The position numbers and the translations under genes were made by a program. Below, one piece after another: positions 54,923 through 59,308 of a stretch of DNA of 59,308 bases (the first letter of the stretch is position 1; every line of letters starts with the position of its first letter). Below the pieces are notes generated by a model. The model was not told the DNA's origin. It saw only the letters and a list, made by a program, of their open reading frames with translations, and searched no databases. Origin of the DNA: Thermoleophilia bacterium (lineage in GTDB: Bacteria; Actinomycetota; Thermoleophilia; RBG-16-64-13). The DNA lies in contig JBBRDB010000001.1 in the NCBI GenBank assembly GCA_038204345.1, positions 1 to 59,308 of the forward strand, in the 5' to 3' direction.

Positions 54923-56470
54923 CTAGAGGCCCTGGTCGTCCGCCCGCAAGGCATCCAGGCGATCGCGGGCGAACGCCAATGCCTCGTCGCGACCGTCGAG
55001 TTCGCCCGCCTCCCAACCCAGGCGCACTTCCCGCAGCACTCGGCCGAGAATGGGGCCCGCCTCGAGACCGAGTTCGGCCATCAAGACGTCTCCATCAAGG
55101 GGGAGCGGAGAGATCCCGTTCTCCCGCCTCGAACGCCACGCATCCATGAGGCTACGCGCGGTCTCCAGGTGGGCGTCGATTGAGGCGTCTTGGGTCTGCG
55201 GCCCCCGCGTCGCCAGGCGATCGGCCACCGAGACGATGATAACTTCCGGCTCCCACGGCTCTGCCCGCCAGAGGAAACGGACGACCTCGCGAGGAGTCAC
55301 CGGACGCTCGTGCTGCAGGAACCCTATGTCCAGGTGACGTTCCACGGTCGCGCGGATGAGTCCGACGGCGGCGGCTGAACAGCGGAGCCGGGCACAGACC
55401 TTCTCGACCAAAGGCCCCCCGATCTCCGTGTGCCCCCAGAACAGCACCCTGCCCCCTTCACCCACGACACGGGTCTCGGGCTTGGCCACGTCGTGGAGAA
55501 GCGCCCCCAACCGCAATGCCACCGGACGGGACATGATGCCGTCCACCGGTTGCGACAGACGGGCCTCCAACAATTCCCACGAGAGCCCGAACCAGCGGCC
55601 TGGAGCAGCCACGATCTCGTCGAGGCGCTCCAGGGTCTCCAGGGTATGTCCATACACGTCGTGGTGGTGGAACGGGCTCTGGGAGACACCGCGCAGGGCC
55701 GTGATCTCCGGCAGGAACACGTCCAGCAGGCCGAGGTCGTCCCAGAGACGCACGGCGGCGGCGGAGCGCCCCACCTCCAGTGTCAGGACCACCTCGTTCA
55801 AGATGCGCTCCGCCGCCGCCGAAGACAGTCGCCCCGCCTCCGCGCGCGCCAGCGCGCGGAGATCGGGGCTGATGGCCAGGTCCATGACGTGCGCGAACCG
55901 TACCGCCCGGAGTAGACGCAGCGGGTCGTCGGCGAAGATGGTGCGGCTTACAGGCACAAGCCGCCGCTCTCTCAGATGCAGTCGCCCGTCGAACGGGTCG
56001 ATGATCGGGCCACCCGCCACGGATAGGGCCATAGCGTTCACGGTGAAGTCCCTCAGGGCCAGATCGTCTTCGAGACTGCCGCCCCTCAACGCCACCACGT
56101 CCAGGTGGCCCCCTTCGTCGGCCTGTCCGGCCCTGGCCGGATGAACGTCCCCAGGCTCCGCAGAATCCAACGCTTTCGGTCCCACCGCTCCGCGCCCCGT
56201 GCGGGCCGGGCCGGGCCCCCCCACCACGCGATACGCACCGAACGCGTGGGAAAGGGGGAACCAGGGCAGATCGGCCCGCCTCGCCACACGGGCTGCCAGG
56301 TCTGCGGCGTCGCCGGCGGTCACGACGTCGATGTCGGGAGAGACGTGTCCCAGTTCACGATCGCGCACCGTCCCGCCCACGAACCACACCGGGTGTCCCC
56401 AATCAGAGACCGCGTCGGCCAAGGCGCCGAGGAGCCGAGAGTAAGTCTCGAACGAACGGCGGGAGTCCAT
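54923..56470 (-). CDS. cca: class II tRNA nucleotidyltransferase (CCA-adding/poly(A) polymerase family) with HD domain
   Basis: FVGGTVRDRELG...DIDV head motif, LRDFTVNAM, DPLRLLRAVRF, LLHDVAKP. A Gly/Pro/Ala-rich insert follows the head domain. Confidence 0.85.
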   Translation of the reverse strand: MDSRRSFETYSRLLGALADAVSDWGHPVWFVGGTVRDRELGHVSPDIDVVTAGDAADLAARVARRADLPWFPLSHAFGAYRVVGGPGPARTGRGAVGPKALDSAEPGDVHPARAGQADEGGHLDVVALRGGSLEDDLALRDFTVNAMALSVAGGPIIDPFDGRLHLRERRLVPVSRTIFADDPLRLLRAVRFAHVMDLAISPDLRALARAEAGRLSSAAAERILNEVVLTLEVGRSAAAVRLWDDLGLLDVFLPEITALRGVSQSPFHHHDVYGHTLETLERLDEIVAAPGRWFGLSWELLEARLSQPVDGIMSRPVALRLGALLHDVAKPETRVVGEGGRVLFWGHTEIGGPLVEKVCARLRCSAAAVGLIRATVERHLDIGFLQHERPVTPREVVRFLWRAEPWEPEVIIVSVADRLATRGPQTQDASIDAHLETARSLMDAWRSRRENGISPLPLDGDVLMAELGLEAGPILGRVLREVRLGWEAGELDGRDEALAFARDRLDALRADDQGL

Positions 56471-56519
56471 GAACGTGATCAGCGGGGAACGTCGACCCGA
56501 GGCCGCGTCCCCGTCGACC

Positions 56520-56849
56520 TCACTTCCGACCTTCCTTCAGCTTGCGCTGCCGGCGGTTGAACAGGAAAGTCTCCCAGTAGTAGATGAAAGTGGAGTAGAA
56601 CGCCCAGAAGATGAGCGTCCAGAAGGCATCCACCCAGACGGCGCGGTTGGCGTCCTTCATGAAGAATCGCACTATGAGCAGATATATCGCCGACAAGATC
56701 GCGCCCTGGATGACGGCGCGCCTGATCGTGGGCTTCCTCGGGCCGGTGGTCTTGGCGCTCTGGGCCTGGCGCACCGCCCGGCGGATCTCTTTTTTAGCCA
56801 ATGGTCCTCCATCGGGCGGTACCGCTCGTCCGCGATCCGCCGCTCGCAT
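56520..56849 (-). CDS. hypothetical small membrane protein
   Basis: 109 aa. Basic N-terminus, two hydrophobic helices (GAILSAIYLLIVRFF, FWTLIFWAFYSTFIYYW), basic tail. ATG lies 9 nt after the alr stop. No family recognised. Confidence 0.45.
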   Translation of the reverse strand: MRAADRGRAVPPDGGPLAKKEIRRAVRQAQSAKTTGPRKPTIRRAVIQGAILSAIYLLIVRFFMKDANRAVWVDAFWTLIFWAFYSTFIYYWETFLFNRRQRKLKEGRK

Positions 56850-56858
56850 TCGATACGC

Positions 56859-57995
56859 TCAGCATTCGAGTTCGTGCGGCTCAGGTATGACGCCCACGTA
56901 CTCGCGTTTCACGCGTGCGGTCAAGCTACAGGTGATCTCGTAGTTGATGGTGCCCACCAGTGCGGCCAGATCCTCGGCGGTGATGGCCTCTTCACCCTGT
57001 CGGCCCATGAGGACCACCCGCTCCCCGAACGCTACGGGACTATCCCTGCCCACGTCCACTAGGAACTGGTCCATGCACACGTTTCCCACACGAGGATACC
57101 GCTTACCTCCGATCAAGACATCCCCCCGGTTGGAGAGGATCCGAAAGAAACCGTCGCCGTAGCCGATGGGAACGAGGGCCACCCGCGTGGGCCGCTCGGC
57201 CCGCCAGGTGAGTGAGTAGCTCACGCCTTCACCGGGCTCGAGATCACGCAAGGCGGCCACGTAGCTCGAGAGCATGAGGGCGGGGGTCAGCCCCCGCTCT
57301 CCGGGATCCCGGTGGAAGGGGCTCATGCCGTAGGTCGCCAGACCGCAGCGGACCTGATCGTAGTGCGTTCGTGCGTCTCGGAACAGAGCCGCGGAATTAG
57401 CCGCGTGAAACAGTACTCGGGGGAGACGCTCGCGCACGGGGCCGATCACGGCCTCGAAGACCTCGAGCTGGCGATCCATGAAGTCGGGATCGTCGTCGGC
57501 GGTGGCGAAGTGCGTCATCATGGCGCGTAACTCGAGGCCGGGATCGGACACGATGACGTCCAGCAGACCGGTGACGTCGCGTGGAGTCGCACCCAGACGG
57601 TGCATGCCCGTATCGACTTTGAGGTGAAGACGAACGCGCCGACGGGCCCTCTCAGCAGCCCTCCCCACCGACCTGACGAATTGCGGCGACCATGCGGCGA
57701 ACTCGGCGCCGGCGGCCACGGCCTCGTCCAGCTGATCGTCGAGGACGGGACCCATAATGAGCACGTCCGCGCCCAGGCCGGCGTCGTTGAGGGTCCACGC
57801 CTCCTCGGTCGTCGTCACCGCCAAGCCCGTGGCCCCGGCCTCGAGTGCCGCGCGGGCCACCTGGACCGCGCCGTGCCCGTAGCCGTCGGCTTTGACCACC
57901 GCGAGGTATCCGGTTCCTGGGCTCAACCGCGCACGCACGGCCGCGACGTTATGCCGCACTGCGGCCAGGTCTATTGTCGCCCGGGCGCGGTACAC
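56859..57995 (-). CDS. alr: alanine racemase
   Basis: PLP-Lys motif AVVKADGYGHG, and VCMDQFLVD near the C-terminus. Confidence 0.93.
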   Translation of the reverse strand: MYRARATIDLAAVRHNVAAVRARLSPGTGYLAVVKADGYGHGAVQVARAALEAGATGLAVTTTEEAWTLNDAGLGADVLIMGPVLDDQLDEAVAAGAEFAAWSPQFVRSVGRAAERARRRVRLHLKVDTGMHRLGATPRDVTGLLDVIVSDPGLELRAMMTHFATADDDPDFMDRQLEVFEAVIGPVRERLPRVLFHAANSAALFRDARTHYDQVRCGLATYGMSPFHRDPGERGLTPALMLSSYVAALRDLEPGEGVSYSLTWRAERPTRVALVPIGYGDGFFRILSNRGDVLIGGKRYPRVGNVCMDQFLVDVGRDSPVAFGERVVLMGRQGEEAITAEDLAALVGTINYEITCSLTARVKREYVGVIPEPHELEC

Positions 57996-58073
57996 GAAGT
58001 CAGAGAGCCATCCGCGCGAGGCAATGCGCGGCCCGACGGCGCCGGCCGCATCCGCGGCGGCGCGGGCGCCTCA

Positions 58074-58538
58074 TCAAGCTCCCCGCTGGGCGATGGCGCG
58101 CACGATGTCGCCGCGCGTGATGATCCCCACCAACCGTCCGTCGTCCAGCACCGGTAGTCGGTTCACGTTGTTGTCTGCCATCAACGTGGTGATCTCGTGC
58201 ACGGTGGCGTCGGGCGTCACGGTGACCACCTCGGTGCTCATGATGTCCGCCACCTTGTTCCCGAACGTCTTACGGAAGCGTTCCTCGAACTTGCGCACGC
58301 TCTCAAGGTAGATGACGCTGTCGAGGAACTGCACGTAATGCGGGAAATGGAGTTCGGCGTCCTGCATGATGACATCACCCTCGGTCACGATCCCCGCCAA
58401 CGTTCCCTGGGCGTCGACGACCGGAACACCGCTGATCGAATGCTCCGCCAGCAGGTCGGCGAGTTCGCGCACGGTGGCGTCGGGGGCGATGGTGACCACG
58501 TCGGTGTGCATGATGTCCCGAGCCGTTATTCGCTCCAC
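58074..58538 (-). CDS. CBS-domain pair protein
   Basis: Trimmed to GTG 58538 (GGAGG 5 nt upstream; 13-nt overlap with nnr). Two CBS repeats: ARDIMHTDVVTIAPDATV...ISGVPVVD and VADIMSTEVVTVTPDATV...VNRLPVLD. Confidence 0.85.
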   Translation of the reverse strand: MERITARDIMHTDVVTIAPDATVRELADLLAEHSISGVPVVDAQGTLAGIVTEGDVIMQDAELHFPHYVQFLDSVIYLESVRKFEERFRKTFGNKVADIMSTEVVTVTPDATVHEITTLMADNNVNRLPVLDDGRLVGIITRGDIVRAIAQRGA

Positions 58539-59308
58539 CCGGGCCTCCTCTCGAATACATGCTCCGCCAGCACGACCGGCAAGAGCTCCAACACGTCCTG
58601 GGCCATGAGGCCCCCTGAATACACGCCGGCGCCGCGACGCCCCGCTTCCGCGTGGAGCCACGCCCCGGCCTTGGCGGCCTCGAGGGTCGGCATCCCCGCG
58701 GCGAGCAAGGCACCGATGCACCCGCTCAGCACGTCCCCGGTGCCCGCCGAGGCCAGCTGCGGAGGCCCCTGGGCGACCACCCACGCCTCGCCGCCGGGAC
58801 CGGCGATGACCGTGGACGAACCCTTCAGCAACACGACCTGGCCCGTCAATTCGGCCCCCCGTCGGGCCGCCCGGAGGGTCGACTGCGCTATATGCGCGGC
58901 GGGCTCCCCGAGCAGCGCTCCCAGCTCGCCAGCGTGTGGCGTGAGTACCATCGCACGCCCTCCCTTCAGAGCCTCCGCATCACCGGCGAAGGCCAGGATG
59001 CCGTCTGCGTCGAGCAAGACCGGAGGGCCCTCCCCGGCGACCGCGCAGCGCACGACCTCCATGGTATCAGGGTCCCGCCCCAATCCAGGACCGACGACCA
59101 GAGCGCCGATGCGGTCGTCGGCCAGTACATCGAGGATGCGGGCGGGGTCCGCGAGAACATCCCCACTATCCGCCTCCTCGACCACCACCTCGACGAGCCT
59201 CTCCCGGAGAACGGCTGCCGCGCCGGCCGAGGTCACGAGCCGCACATAGCCGGCGCCGCAGCGTGCGGCGGCGCCGGCCGCTAGATAGGCGGCGCCGGGA
59301 AAGTCCTT
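58526..59308 (-). CDS. nnr: NAD(P)H-hydrate repair enzyme, ADP-dependent dehydratase (YjeF-C) portion; 5' end outside the window
   Basis: The frame is open to the window edge (KDFPGAAYLAAGAAARCGAGYVRLVT...). GPGLG, LTPHAGELGALLG, VVLLKGSSTVIA, GTGDVLSG. Confidence 0.88.
   Translation of the reverse strand, partial: KDFPGAAYLAAGAAARCGAGYVRLVTSAGAAAVLRERLVEVVVEEADSGDVLADPARILDVLADDRIGALVVGPGLGRDPDTMEVVRCAVAGEGPPVLLDADGILAFAGDAEALKGGRAMVLTPHAGELGALLGEPAAHIAQSTLRAARRGAELTGQVVLLKGSSTVIAGPGGEAWVVAQGPPQLASAGTGDVLSGCIGALLAAGMPTLEAAKAGAWLHAEAGRRGAGVYSGGLMAQDVLELLPVVLAEHVFERRPGWSE

Overview
This is a GC-rich chromosomal core region from a Gram-positive-type bacterium. The gene order closely follows Bacillota blocks (phoH-pgpH-ybeY-dgkA-cdd-era-recO; comFC-hpf-secA-prfB-ftsEX-ctp; rpmE-tdk-prfA-prmC-sua5-rpiB-glyA-upp-atpIBEFHAGDC-murA). 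The source is probably a high-GC Bacillota or a deep-branching Actinomycetota, but I cannot decide which from sequence alone.

I call about 60 protein genes. All but three (molybdopterin oxidoreductase, a small secreted ORF, guaB) lie on the minus strand. They are tightly packed, with many 1-34 nt start/stop overlaps such as ATGA and GTGA.

Contents:
- an SbcD/SbcC-like (YhaO/YhaN-type) nuclease/ATPase pair
- cobO behind a cobalamin riboswitch
- guaB
- the era/recO block
- rsmE
- an ftsEX-M23-S41 envelope module
- prfB with its programmed +1 frameshift
- secA, hpf and comFC
- an NDP-sugar pyrophosphorylase, mtnA and ahcY
- an LCP protein and murA
- the full F1Fo ATP synthase operon
- a WecA/TagO-type transferase
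- dCMP deaminase, upp, glyA and rpiB
- an alkyltransferase-like protein
- a prmC-tsaC fusion, prfA, a DUF1385 protein, tdk, thyX and rpmE
- a CCA-adding enzyme, alr, a CBS protein and nnr

I saw no rRNA, tRNA, CRISPR array, transposase, integrase or phage genes. I did not find a convincing stand-alone novel system such as a defence island.

The items most worth a second look are:
1. A degenerate PunA-like module reading without a stop into adenosylhomocysteinase.
2. The overlapping MtnA / NTP-transferase-LbH pair next to it.
3. A PrmC-TsaC fusion with an NLPY motif.
4. A DgkA-PAP2 fusion.
5. A B12 riboswitch that may also lead the nuclease pair.
6. A transmembrane hairpin in the Rad50-like ATPase.
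7. Leaderless-type promoters.

All homology calls come from motif recognition by eye, not from database searches.
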